Of a DNA stretch of 64,000 nt, positions 1 to 13,018 are shown piece by piece. Position 1 is the stretch's first letter. Each line of letters starts with the position of its first letter. The translations under genes were made by a program, and so were the position numbers. This DNA is from Chrysomallon squamiferum. Lineage: Eukaryota; Animalia; Mollusca. Below the pieces are notes generated by a model that was not told where the DNA came from, did no database searches, and worked only from the letters and a program-made list of their open reading frames with translations. The DNA lies in NCBI GenBank assembly GCA_012295275.1, contig CM022671.1:6200001-6264000 (forward strand), given 5' to 3'.

Positions 1-182
1 CCCCAGGTAAATAGAAAACACTGAAAGTTTTTTTTAAATATTTACAAATAAGTCATATCAATATTTGTTTACATCACTAAAAAGGTTAGTACTTTTCAGT
101 AACTGAAATAACGCACATTCCTCAAAGAAAAAAGTATAATACCATTTTACTAATAATACACAAACTTGCAGACTAATATAGG

Positions 183-286
<104 letters not shown>

Positions 287-374
287 TGTATATGGATTAT
301 TGAACAAAATGTTTCTAATCTGCTTAATGAATGTATTAAGGAATAAATCAACTTTCCTCTTCTTCTTGTCTTCT

Positions 375-2507
375 TTATTCACACAATGGCGTCACTGAAT
401 ACACTCCAGACTGCCAGTTAGATTCTTGCGACTGGGATACGCTGTTTTCCCTTAGTGTGGAGTGACATCTCGGTTTTAAAACCTGCAAAACATTCTTCCA
501 GAACTGTTCAGTGGCCGCAGATTCGGCGGGATATTCAATGTAATTCCCTTTGTCAAGAATATCAAACAAAACATTGTTCATGTGCTTCAGGTCGATGTTG
601 CCCACCTTTATGTAGATGAGAGATCCTTCTTCGCGAGAACCCACGTGTTTTATTATCAAGTTCAGAGTGAACATGCTCCAGTCGTCCTTGGCTAAATTGT
701 CAGTTAACAGAACAATAAAACGTCTGCTAGTACGAATAGTTTGCATAATGCAGTCCACTTTGTATGCACCAGGTTCAAATTCTCTCTGGTGTAAACACAG
801 AGACAAATTTTCCTCGTTTTCCAGTTTGGGCAGAAGTTTGTTTACAACCCAAATGATATCGTCACCAGAATAACACAAAAATGCGTCATATGTGAATTCA
901 CTGATTATTGGTTGATATCTTGCTTGACGCAGAAGAAAGATGAAATAGCGGAAGTGCCATCTGAAATGGTACAAAACGGAGCCGATGATAAGAAGTATAA
1001 GAAAGAAAACGGAGGCAAAAATTATGATGAGAGAAACTGTAGATGCAAGCAGACATTTTTGTATTCCCATTGTTTTTGCAAAATCTGTCAAGTTTTTTCC
1101 GTTCTGAGAACTAGGGCTTGCACACTTGTATTCCTCTGTGGATTTCTTAAATATCTTGTTGTATCTGTCATCCGAGAACACCTGCAGAAACCAGAGCAGC
1201 TCGCACGTGCAGGCAAAGGGGTTGTAGCCCAAATCAATGGTGTCGATATCCTCAAAGTTTTCGGGGAGTGAAAATTCGTTGATGATGGTTATCTCGTTAT
1301 CATATAAGTTAATATATTGGATATTTGGAGGGAAATTGTTGCCGTGTAAATGAGTGATTTCGTTGCTGGCAATGCGGAGGCGAGTTAAGTGGGGAAAAGA
1401 TAAGTTTGGGAAGAAACGAAGTATGTTGTCACTGAGACCAAGATACTGCAGTGTGTTCCACATTGGCTGAAACAGTGAGGAGAAGTAAGTCGAGTTTGTT
1501 TCTGTCATTATGTTGCCACTGAGTTCCAAATTCTTGATATTGCTGCATCCGTGAAAAGCTTTTGACGATATCTGACCCTCAAAACGTATTTCGCTGTTCT
1601 TCATTGATATGGTTTGCACGTGACTGTTGTTGATAGCGTAAGCGTCGATCCGTTTTAAATCACTGATAAGGTTCATCTGCAGTTCGTTTAATTTCGACAA
1701 ACAAAAAAATGTATTGTTGTGAATTGTTCTGATTGGGTTTAGCGATAAATGCAGATAGGAAAGATTTGGAGCACAGCAGAACAGATAATGTTTTACGTAT
1801 TTGAAATTATTTTTCACCAGTTCCAGTTTCTTCAGGGCGGATATAGAAATGTTTTCGTAGCAGAACAAAGAGAGACTGTTGGAGTTGAGTACGAGGGTTG
1901 ACACTGTCATGTCACTCATCAGCGTGAGATTATAAATGAAATTTTTACTCAGGTCAAGGTAAGACAGATGACGAAGAGGACGGAACACAGACATATTAAT
2001 TTTTTGAAAGTTATTGAAACCCATATTTAGTTTCTGAATCCCGGACCGGTTAAGATTGACAAAGAAGTTTTCTTTGATGCCATTCAAAAGAAGTCCGTAC
2101 AAACTCAGGTGTTTAAACTTTGGACGATTCAGGGACTGAAAAGCTTGTTGCAAATCGGATTTATATATATCGTTTTGATCCAAAATTAATATCTTCAGAG
2201 ATGTTAATCTTGTGAAAGCATTACTGGACACGTGAATGATATGATTTTCAGAGATGTTAAGAAATGTGATGTTGTATCGAGGAAACGCTATCACTTGGAA
2301 AGTTTCACTGGTTAGATTTCCCAGATTGTTATTTCCAAAGTCGAGATCTGTAACGGTTGAAGGAAGATCTCTCGGTATGGAAGTCAGGCCTCTGTTTGAA
2401 CAGTCAGCGTGTGTTCCATACCAGTGCAGCTTACATTTTCTTTCCCTTCTAGTAGCTGCACAAGTCACCCACAACAAAAGACACAGCCTGATTACAGTGT
2501 CCCGCAT
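375..2507 (-). CDS. Toll-like receptor copy A, single-cysteine-cluster type, intronless, 710 aa
   Basis: Signal peptide (IRLCLLLWVTCAA), LRRNT (C..ADCSNRGLTSIP), many LxxLxLxxN repeats, LRRCT (NPFACTCELLWF...YKCASP), TM helix (SLIIIFASVFFLILLIIGSVLY), TIR box1 YDAFLCYS and BB loop LCLHQREFEPG. Confidence 0.95.
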   Translation of the reverse strand: MRDTVIRLCLLLWVTCAATRRERKCKLHWYGTHADCSNRGLTSIPRDLPSTVTDLDFGNNNLGNLTSETFQVIAFPRYNITFLNISENHIIHVSSNAFTRLTSLKILILDQNDIYKSDLQQAFQSLNRPKFKHLSLYGLLLNGIKENFFVNLNRSGIQKLNMGFNNFQKINMSVFRPLRHLSYLDLSKNFIYNLTLMSDMTVSTLVLNSNSLSLFCYENISISALKKLELVKNNFKYVKHYLFCCAPNLSYLHLSLNPIRTIHNNTFFCLSKLNELQMNLISDLKRIDAYAINNSHVQTISMKNSEIRFEGQISSKAFHGCSNIKNLELSGNIMTETNSTYFSSLFQPMWNTLQYLGLSDNILRFFPNLSFPHLTRLRIASNEITHLHGNNFPPNIQYINLYDNEITIINEFSLPENFEDIDTIDLGYNPFACTCELLWFLQVFSDDRYNKIFKKSTEEYKCASPSSQNGKNLTDFAKTMGIQKCLLASTVSLIIIFASVFFLILLIIGSVLYHFRWHFRYFIFLLRQARYQPIISEFTYDAFLCYSGDDIIWVVNKLLPKLENEENLSLCLHQREFEPGAYKVDCIMQTIRTSRRFIVLLTDNLAKDDWSMFTLNLIIKHVGSREEGSLIYIKVGNIDLKHMNNVLFDILDKGNYIEYPAESAATEQFWKNVLQVLKPRCHSTLRENSVSQSQESNWQSGVYSVTPLCE

Positions 2508-2685
2508 GACTGCACAGCTAATATTACAAGTAGTTTTATATGTTTACTTTTTAAACTTCTCTCAGCACTTGCTGGTGTGAATTTTCCTGTTTCAAACGTC
2601 TGTTTCCCACTTTCAAGCAGGAAGAAAATAATGTTCTGTTTTTTTTCTTATTCTGTGGTAAAAAAAAAAAAAGTATAATAAATAA

Positions 2686-2807
<122 letters not shown>

Positions 2808-3648
2808 ATTTAAAAAATAAAACACTTATATAAATAAAGAAAGAACTACCTTGTATAAATATTTTGTCGTCAGTAACCGTGTACACGTTAATGTTTCTGT
2901 TTCCAACTAGTGTGACAAACGTCTCTTGTTCCACCTTCAAGCAGGAAGAAAATTGATATGTGAAAAAAATCTTCTGTTGTCAACCGATTGTTTTTTGTTT
3001 TTCTTTATTCTAAAATAAAAAAAATGAAAAAATGAAAAAAATAAAAAATAAATAAATAAACAAATAAAAGTAAATTAAAAGTAAATTAAAATTAAATTAA
3101 AAATAATTTAGAAAATAAAATAATTCTAAATAAATAGAGAAGTACCTTGTGTAAAGATCCTGTCGCCAGTAGCCGTGTACACACCTCTCGTGAATGACAC
3201 TAAACCCGTTTTAACGTGTTCACAATGTATTCACGACACAAACACGGTATTCGCGATATTTTGACACAATATATCCTGACACGGTATCCGATATGTTTCT
3301 GTAAGAACAATATTCACTTTTATTTTCATATAGTTTATGCACATCTAGGTGTTAACAAACTGTGTCACAAAATGGCTTCCAACTTTACCTTTCCGAAACT
3401 ACCTTGCTCACAACGGAAATATATTCTGATCACAGAAAGTACCCTTAAGAATAAAATATAACAGAAAAAAAATCCGGGTCAGTATCAAAATCGCATTATC
3501 TCGAATATGTAGTTGTATGAATAAGGCACAAACATGTTTAGACAAACTTCTTATTTACTAGGGAACTGTCTGTTATTGATAGAACTCTATCTCCGAATCG
3601 ACGTCCGTAATATTAATTTTTTCGCAATGTCTGTGTCTGTATGTATGT

Positions 3649-3691
<43 letters not shown>

Positions 3692-4129
3692 TGAACCTGT
3701 TGCATTTCATATAAACTTTTAACAATGCACTGAAGTGAAAACACATACATGAAGACTGGAGGAAAACTAACAGATAAATCTAATGTATTTCTTTTTGAAA
3801 ATGTCTTTCATTAACTTACACGTAAGTAAAATATTTATCAAAAATCTTTATTACAATCTAATTTACAAATAAACGTATGCAAATCGATTCAGAAAAGGAG
3901 ATTATCGTGATATTAGCTTTGTGAAGTTTTTCACCATACAATTATTTCAAAGAACATAACATTTGTTTTTACTCTCATTGTTTGTTTTTTTGTTTTTTTT
4001 TTTTTTTTTTTTTTTTTGGGGGTCAGGTTGCATGAAGTGAATTTATAAGTTACGAACTGTTGTGTAATCTCTGTCTACTGACTAAAAAAAAAATAATAAT
4101 AAAAATAATAATAATAATAAAAGAAGAAG

Positions 4130-4395
4130 AAACAAGGTAGATAAAAATAACATATTTTTAATAAAGGTTATATTAACGTCATATTCTGATAAAGAAAACG
4201 CTGAAGATAATTTTTTTATTTTCTTCAGTTAGCTGCTGCAAGTAATCTTTTAAATGTGCAAATATGTATTACATGCCATGGTCTTTATTATTTCATTTTG
4301 AGAGCAACTAGCTGGAACGAGAAATAGACCGACAGCCCTAATCCCAGAGATCGATCCAAAAATCTATCGCAGATTAGATCAGATATGAGCTAAAT
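4130..4395 (-). mobile_element. Degenerate SINE-like remnant (duplicated at about 11525-11815)
   Basis: Motifs gctgcaagtaatcttttaaatgtgca...catgccatggtcttt...ctagctggaacgagaaatag...gatcgatcc resemble a gastropod tRNA-derived SINE recalled from memory; a related fragment lies in the opposite orientation at 37690-37860. Not verified by search. Confidence 0.45.
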
Positions 4396-5620
4396 TATTG
4401 CCCGATAATAAATAAATAAATGTAAAATGAAATACGGACAAAAGTTAATAACCAGTATAAACATAATTCAATGTTGGATGACAGTTGGTATGAATTACAG
4501 CCGGATTTAAGTAATATTACATAATTAATATTATTATTAATAAATAACATCTGATATAAAACAAGTTATTTGACAGTAGGTATATGTATTCTTTGTAAAA
4601 TGTACATTTAAATGTAAAACGTTTTTCACGAATGAGTTCAAAACTGCATGTTTGTTGTTTTTACTGTTTTAACTTTTAATTCTTTTTTTTTTTTTTTTTT
4701 TTGGTTGTGATGTTTTTGTTCTTTGTTTTGTTTGTTAGTTGAGTTATTTTGTGTGTGAGATTTTTGTTCTCTTTTTTCTTTCTGTCGTTTTTTTTTTTTT
4801 TTTTTTTTCGTGAAAGTAACTGGCTATCTTTGTGAAAATCTATCCATAATTATCTAGACAAGCTAAATGATGGATTCTAGGTTACGCAAGTATAAACCTA
4901 CTACTAGAACTTGACTCTGATACACTGTCAGATTTAAAACTGTTTTAGTGACACTCAGATTCATTATGTTTTATAATGGACATTTCCAACTGGAGAAAGT
5001 AACAAAAACAGAGTGTAAAATCTTTATGGTGGTAATAATCAGGAACTATAAATAATAATAATAATAATAACAATAATAATTGTTTTGTTGTTGTTTATAT
5101 GGTTGTATCTCTGCATGTTTTCTTTTCTTTCTTTCTTTCTTTCTTCTATTTCTTTTTTTTTTATTATTATCATTATTTATTTTTTATTATTATTATTATT
5201 TTATTTTTTTTGGTTTCTTTCGATCTACGTTTCTTAAACTGTTTGTATGGAAACGTGTTAATACATTTCTTGATGTTATTGAAAAACATGCTCAGATTTT
5301 TGCAATGGTTTACTTACTCGTAATGAACTTAATAAACAAGTCACAAGAAAAAACCATATATATGTGTATATATATATATATATGTGTGTGTGTATATGTA
5401 TAATTATATGATATCTATTTATTTTTTTATTTCCTTTGTTATAATATCATGGTTATACTTAATTATCAGAAAATATTTTATTTTTACCATATCGGATTAA
5501 AAACAAACAATAACGTCAAAATACAAAACATTTATTTAGGCTATAGTTCATAACACTGTAAGTTAGTAAGAAGATATAACAAAATAATTAGATTTTAAAA
5601 TATATTAAAATATTATCATG

Positions 5621-5669
<49 letters not shown>

Positions 5670-5701
5670 TAGTTACGTTATCGTTTTATTTGTTTCTTAT
5701 T

Positions 5702-5740
<39 letters not shown>

Positions 5741-6338
5741 TTTGTGTACTGAGTTGCATGAACCCAAACGATCAAATTGATTAAATTGGATTATTTCTTG
5801 TCCGTAGAGGTTAGTGTACAAAACGTTTGTTTAATAACCAGTCTTTATCACTCAGAAATTCGAGATGGGCGTTGCATTGAATTCAATCTGCACAACTGAT
5901 TTTTTGTTGTTGTTGTTATTTTTGTATACACAACCGGCCACTTACGTCGCTATGTCATGATTATACTTAATTATCAGAAGCTATGTCAATGGACGAAATA
6001 CAAATCAACTCGGCCGGTTTGCTAATTTAAACAAAAAATGAATGGCTAAATAATCTGTTTCTATCGCGTTTTGTGATCACTGAGAAAACACTGTTTTATT
6101 TAATTATATTTTATTTTATTTTATTATATTCATACATTCGTTCATTCATTGAAGACGAGTCAGTCTTTCCAAACATTTGCTTCAATTATTCATCTATAAT
6201 TATAGTGATATAAGTACAGTATTCACAATCTATTGATACAAAAATATTTACATTTTCTTTTAATACATATTAACACTAAGAGATCCTCTCCATAATAATT
6301 AAGAACCATGTCTTTTTTTTAAAATCATCATCATCAGC

Positions 6339-6388
<50 letters not shown>

Positions 6389-7595
6389 AATAAATTATAA
6401 AATAAAATAAAATACATATAAAAAAATAACACTTTTTCTCAGCATTTCAACTTCATATTTACATTAATTATATATTTGATAAAGTTCTAGTTTTATAAAT
6501 TAGTTATACTCCTATTAATTATAGTAAATTTTTACATTTTCATTTAAATTTGTATTTTATTTGCCTTTTACGACAGGCCATCAAGCTAATATATCTACTC
6601 TCATTTATTACACATAACTATTTGTTGTTTTAAAATTTACTTTATGATTTATCCTTAAATTTTTTATTTAAGTTCAAAATCTACATCTAATGACATTCAT
6701 TCAATATATGACGTCATAATTATAATTCATCTTAATGACGCCATTGTTGTTCCTTTGTGAATTTTGAAATCGAACAAGAACAGTCTGGTAATGTGTTAAT
6801 TTTATTATTGTTGTTTTGGAATTGTAGTGTTGTTGTTGTTGTTTTTGCTTTTTTTTTGATTGGTGGATTTACTTTTATTAATTAATTTATTTGTTTGTTT
6901 GTTTTAATATTCAAATTTCCATTTCCTTACAGTCATTTAATACGTCTGTTTTTATTTCTTGATCAGGAATATAAATTTACCTCAGTGCAGTTCTTTTAGA
7001 CAGCTGTACATTTACTATTATAACAAAAACAGAACAAAACTAAATTCACAGATATTCAAACATGTACAAGTAATATACAGTAGACGAGTAGGCGAAGAGC
7101 AACTCAGACGAACATTTGGATAGATATAACTGTTCTTCCGTCAGAGATAACTCTAAATAAATGTTTTTTTAGCTAATTCTTGCCAACCGTACGATTGGCA
7201 ACGATTGCGGCTAGGATGCTCATTTAACAATTATTTTGGCTTTACGTTCCTTTAGATCAGTCATTTTCGAGTTTCCTCGTACGAAAAAAAACAATAAAAA
7301 AAAAAAAAAAAAAAATGGCCATGCAGTCGTTCATACACACGCTACAAAATCTCTGTAATAAACCACTGATTCGGAAATCGTCGGACATTCTTGAATAGTG
7401 ACGTAACAGTTAGCTAATTAACACGTGACAACTTCTGAGCCCGATGAATGCTGTTCTCCGCCAGAGGATACTCGGGCTAAATGTACACTAAAACTCCAGT
7501 CTTAATTAATAACGAAGCATGAGAACAAAAGTTTTCTGTAGTGACGTTATCATGTAAAGGATGAATCCGATTTGTTACATTTCTTCATTCCCCCC

Positions 7596-7778
7596 CCCCA
7601 GGTAAATAGAAAACACTGAAAGTTTTTTTTTAAATATTTACAAATAAGTCATATCAATATTTGTTTAAATCACTATAAGAATATTATTTTCAGTAACTGA
7701 AATAACGCACATTCCTTCAAAGAAAAAAGTATAATACCATTTTACTAATAATACGCAAACTTGCACACTAATATAGGC

Positions 7779-7848
<70 letters not shown>

Positions 7849-10269
7849 AGATTTATGTATATGGATTATTGAACAAAATGTTTCTAATCTGTTTAATGAA
7901 TGTATTAAGGAATAAATCAATTTTCCTCTTCTTCTTGTCTTCTTTATTCACACAATGGCGTCACTGAATACACTCCAGACTGCCAGTTAGATTCTTGCGA
8001 CTGGGATACGCTGTTTTCCCTTAGTGTGGAGTGACATCTCGGTTTTAAAACCTGCAAAACATTCTTCCAGAACTGTTCAGTGGCCGCAGATTCGGCGGGA
8101 TATTCAATGTAATTCCCTTCGGAAAGAATATCAAACAAAACATTGTTCATGTGCTTCAGGTCGATGTTGCCCACCTTTATGTAGATGAGAGATCCTTCTT
8201 CGCGAGAACCCACGTGTTTTATTATCAAGTTCAGAGTGAACATGCTCCAGTCGTCCATGGCTAAATTGTCAGTTAACAGAACAATAAAACGTCTGCTAGT
8301 ACGAATAGTTTGCATAATGCAGTCCACTTTGTATGCACCAGGTACAAATTCTCTCTGGTGTAAACACAGAGACAAATTTTCCTCGTTTTCCAGTTTGGGC
8401 AGAAGTTTGTTTACAACCCATGTGATATCGTCATCAGAATAACACAAAAATGCGTCATATGTGAATACATTGCTTATTGGCTGATATCTTGCTTGACGCA
8501 GAAGAAAGATGAAATAGCGGAAGTGCCATCTGAAATGGTACAAAACGGAGCCGATGATAAGAAGTATAAGAAAGAAAACGGAGGCAAAAATTATGATGAG
8601 AGAAACTGTAGATGCAAGCAGACATTTTTGTATTCCCATTGTTTTTGCAAAATCTGTCAAGTTTTTACCGTTCTGAGAATTAGGGCTTGCACACTTGTAT
8701 TCCTCTGTGGATTTCTTAAATATCTTGTTGTATCTGTCATCCGAGAACACCTGCAGAAACCAGAGCAGCTCGCACGTGCAGGCAAAGGGGTTGTAGCCCA
8801 AATCAATGGTGTCGATATCCTCAAAGTTTTCTGGCAGTGAAAATTTGTTGATGATGGGTATCTCGTTATCATGTAAGTTAATATATTGGATATTTGGAGG
8901 GAAATTGTTGCCGTGTAAATGAGTGATTTCGTTGCTGGCAATGCGGAGGCGAGTTAAGTGGGGAAAAGATAAGTTTGGGAAGAAACGAAGTATGTTGTCA
9001 CTGAGACCAAGATACTGCAGTGTGTTCCACATTGGCTGAAACAGTGAGGAGAAGTAAGTCGAGTTTGTTTCTGTCATTATGTTGCCACTGAGTTCCAAAT
9101 TCTTGATATTGCTGCATCCGTGAAAAGCTTTTGACGATATCTGACCCTCAAAACGTATTTCGCTGTTCTTCATTGATATGGTTTGCACGTGACTGTTGTT
9201 GATAGCGTAAGCGTCGATCCGTTTTAAATCACTGATAAGGTTCATCTGCAGTTCGTTTAATTTCGACAAACAAAAAAATGTATTGTTGTGAATTGTTCTG
9301 ATTGGGTTTAGCGATAAATGCAGATAGGAAAGATTTGGAGCACAGCAGAACAGATAATGTTTTACGTATTTGAAATTATTTTCCACCAGTTCCAGTCTCT
9401 TCAGGGCGGATATAGAAATGTTTTCGTAGCAGAACAAAGAGAGACTGTTGAAGTTGAGTACGAGGGTTGTCACTGTCATGTCACTCACCAGCGTGAGATT
9501 ATAAATGAAATTTTTACTCAGGTCAAGGTAAGACAGATGACGAAGAGGACGGAACACAGACATATTAATTTTTTGAAAGTTATTGAAACCCATATTTAGT
9601 TTCTGAATGCCGGACTGGTTAAGATTGACGAAGAAGTCTTCTTTGATGCCATTCAAAAGAAGTCCGTACAAACTCAGGTGTTTAAACTTTGGACGATTCA
9701 GGGACTGAAAAGCTTTTTGCAAATCGGATTTATATATATCGTTTCGATCCAAAATTAATATCTTTAGAGACGTTAGACTTGTGAAAGCATTACTGGACAC
9801 GTGAGTGATATGATTTTCAGAGATGTTAAGAAATGTGATGTTGTATCGAGGAAACGCTATCACTTGGAAAGTTTCACTGGTTAGATTTCCCAGATTGTTA
9901 TTTCCAAACTCGAGATCTGTAACGGTTGAAGGAAGATCTCTCGGTATGGAAGTCAGGCCTCTGTTTGAACAGTCAGCGTGCGTACCATACCAGTGCAGCT
10001 TACATTTTCTTTCCCTTGTAGCAGCTGCACATGTCACCCACAACAAAAGACACAGCCTGATTACAGTGTACCGCATGACTGTACAGCTAATATTACAAGT
10101 AGTTTTATATGTTTACTTTATAAACTTCTCTCAGCATTTGCTGGTGTGAATTTTCCTGTTTCAAACGTCTGTTTCCCACTTTCAAGCAGAAAGAAAATAA
10201 TGTTCTGGTTTTTTTTTTCTTATTCTGTGGTAAAAAAAAATAATAATAATAAATAAATAAATACATTTG

Positions 10270-10306
<37 letters not shown>

Positions 10307-11013
10307 AAAAAATAGATTTAATAAATTAAAAACTTATTTAAAAAAAACACTTAAAAAAAAATGAAAAAATGAAAAAATAAATAAATAAATAAATAAATAA
10401 ATAAAAGGAAATTAAAAGTAAATTAAAATTAAATTAAAATTAAATTAAAAATAATTTAGAAAATAAAATAATTCTAAATAAATAAATAAATAAACACAGA
10501 AGTACCTTGTGTAAAGATCCTGTCGCCAGTAACCGTGTACACACCTCTCGTGAATGACACAAAACCCGTTTTAACGAGTTCACAATGTATTGAGGACACA
10601 AACACGGTATTCGCGATATTTTGACACAGTATCCGATATGTTTCTGTAAGAACAATATTCACTTTTATTTTCATACAGTTTATGCACATCTAGGTGTTAA
10701 CAAACTGTGTCGCAAAATGGCTTCCAACTTTACCTTTCCGAAACTACCTTGCTCACAACCGGAAATATGTTCTTACCCTTAAGAGTAAGTACCCTTAAAA
10801 GTAAAATATAACAGAAAAAAAATCCGGGTCAGTATCAAAATCGCATTATCTCGAATATGTAGTTGTATGAATAAGGCACATACATGTTTAAACAAACTTA
10901 TTTACTAGGGAACTGTCTGTTATTAATAGAACTCTATTTCCGAATCGACATCCGTAATATCAGTTTTTTGTCATGAGAAGCGAAAGCATTGTCTGTGTCT
11001 GTATGTATGTCTC

Positions 11014-11073
<60 letters not shown>

Positions 11074-12461
11074 TGAACCCGTTGCATTTCATGTAAACTT
11101 TTAACAATGCACTGAAGTGAAAACACACACATGAAGACTGGAGGAAAACTAACAGATAAATCTAATGTATTTCTTTTTGAAAATGTCTTTCATTAACTTA
11201 CACGTAAGTAAAATATTTATTAAAATCTTTATTACAACCTAATTTACAAATAAACGTATGCAAACCGATTCAGAAAATGAGATTATCGTGATATTAGCTT
11301 TGTGAAGTTTTTGATCATACAATTATTTCAAAGGATATAACATTTCCTTTTATGTTGTTTTTTTTGGGGGGAAGGGGGTTGTTTTATTCTTTCTCATTCA
11401 GGTTGCATGAAGTGAATTTATACGTTGTAGTACGAACTGTTGTGTAATCTCTGTCTATTTAGTAAAATAAATAAATAAATAAATAAATAAATAAAATAAT
11501 AATAAAAGAAGAAGAAGAAGAAGAAACAAGGTAGATAAAAATAATTATTTTGTTTAATGACACAACATATTTTTAATAAAGGGTTATATTAACGTCATAT
11601 TCTGATAAAGAAAACGCTGAAGATAACTTTTTTATTATTTTCTTCAGTTAGCTGCTGCAAGTAATCTTTTAAATGTGCAAATATGTATTAGATGCCATGG
11701 TCTTTATTATTTCATTTTTAGAGCAACTAGCTAGAACGAGAAATAGACCGACAGTCCTAATCCCAGAGATCGTACAAAAATCTATTGCAGATTAGATCAG
11801 ATATGAGCTAAATTATTTCCCGATAATAAATAAATAAATGTAAAATAAAATACGTACAAAAGTTAATAACCAGTATAAACATAATTCACTGTTGGATGAC
11901 AGTTGGTATGAATTACAGCCGGATTTAAGTAATATTACATAATTAATATTATTATTAATAAATAACATCTGATACAAAACAAGTTATTTGACAGTAGGTA
12001 TATGTATTCTTTGTAAAATGTACATTTAAATGTAAAACGTTTTTCACGAATGAGCTCAAAACTGCAAGTTTGTTGTTTTTATTGTTTTAATGGGTTTTTT
12101 TTTTTTTTTTTTGGTTGGGAGAGGTTTGTTGTTTGTTTTGTTTGTTAGTTGGGTTATTTTGTGTGTGACATTTTTGTTCTCTTTTTTCTTCCTTTCATTC
12201 TTTTTTTTTTTTTTTCCCCTGAAAGTAAGTGGCCATGTTTGTGAAAATCTATCCATAATTATCTAGACAAGCTAAATGATTGATTCTAGGTTACGCAAGT
12301 ATAAACCTACTACTAGAACTTGACTCTGATACACTGTCAGATTTAAAACTATTTTAGTGACACTCAGATTCATTATGTTTTATAATGGACATTTCCAACT
12401 GGAGAAAGTAACAAAAACAGAGTGTAAAATCTTTATGGTGGTAATAATCAGGAACTATAAC

Positions 12462-12500
<39 letters not shown>
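7596..12500. repeat. Segmental tandem duplication copy 2
   Basis: Colinear with 1-5075; homology ends inside an (AAT)n microsatellite. Confidence 0.9.
7944..10076 (-). CDS. Toll-like receptor copy B, tandem paralog of copy A, intronless, 710 aa
   Basis: Same architecture, colinear with copy A at a constant 7569-nt offset; about 28 aa differences by manual comparison. Confidence 0.95.
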   Translation of the reverse strand: MRYTVIRLCLLLWVTCAAATRERKCKLHWYGTHADCSNRGLTSIPRDLPSTVTDLEFGNNNLGNLTSETFQVIAFPRYNITFLNISENHITHVSSNAFTSLTSLKILILDRNDIYKSDLQKAFQSLNRPKFKHLSLYGLLLNGIKEDFFVNLNQSGIQKLNMGFNNFQKINMSVFRPLRHLSYLDLSKNFIYNLTLVSDMTVTTLVLNFNSLSLFCYENISISALKRLELVENNFKYVKHYLFCCAPNLSYLHLSLNPIRTIHNNTFFCLSKLNELQMNLISDLKRIDAYAINNSHVQTISMKNSEIRFEGQISSKAFHGCSNIKNLELSGNIMTETNSTYFSSLFQPMWNTLQYLGLSDNILRFFPNLSFPHLTRLRIASNEITHLHGNNFPPNIQYINLHDNEIPIINKFSLPENFEDIDTIDLGYNPFACTCELLWFLQVFSDDRYNKIFKKSTEEYKCASPNSQNGKNLTDFAKTMGIQKCLLASTVSLIIIFASVFFLILLIIGSVLYHFRWHFRYFIFLLRQARYQPISNVFTYDAFLCYSDDDITWVVNKLLPKLENEENLSLCLHQREFVPGAYKVDCIMQTIRTSRRFIVLLTDNLAMDDWSMFTLNLIIKHVGSREEGSLIYIKVGNIDLKHMNNVLFDILSEGNYIEYPAESAATEQFWKNVLQVLKPRCHSTLRENSVSQSQESNWQSGVYSVTPLCE

Positions 12501-12504
<4 letters not shown>

Positions 12505-12926
12505 TGTAATAATAACAAAACAACAGCAGCAATAATGCAACAATAACAGCAGCAGCAGCATCCACAACAGAACATTAATAATAGTAACAAACAACAACAG
12601 AAATATTAATAATAGCACTGACAATGAAAACACTTAGTGTTACGAGATATCACACATATTCGAATTTCCCCGAGTTTCATACAGTTATTCGTAGAATTCC
12701 CCAAACTGTTCGATTTTCAATACGAAACAGACGTCATAAAGTGATTTATTACGTTATATAATTCGAACAAAACAGACTGTACGTGATGCACGCTTCAGTT
12801 ATATAAAACTAAAACATCCATTACGTGGTGTACGAATAACTGCTGACACTGAAGAACGCAGAGTCAATTAACCCTGATGGCTATAAAAAAAAAAAAAAAA
12901 AAATGAAATTAAAATAACATGTTTAG

Positions 12927-12963
<37 letters not shown>

Positions 12964-13018
12964 TCGTTTCGTACTCCAGTTCTGAATTCCGGTCATTTCG
13001 GAAACTCAACAGGCTGAT

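Noticed and set aside
375-410. TLR C-terminal GVYSVT as an ITIM
   Set aside because: It does not fit (S/I/V/L)xYxx(I/V/L).
616-2678. Plus-strand ORFs overlapping the TLRs (also 8185-10256)
   Set aside because: They are antisense shadows of the TLR CDS with no domain features.
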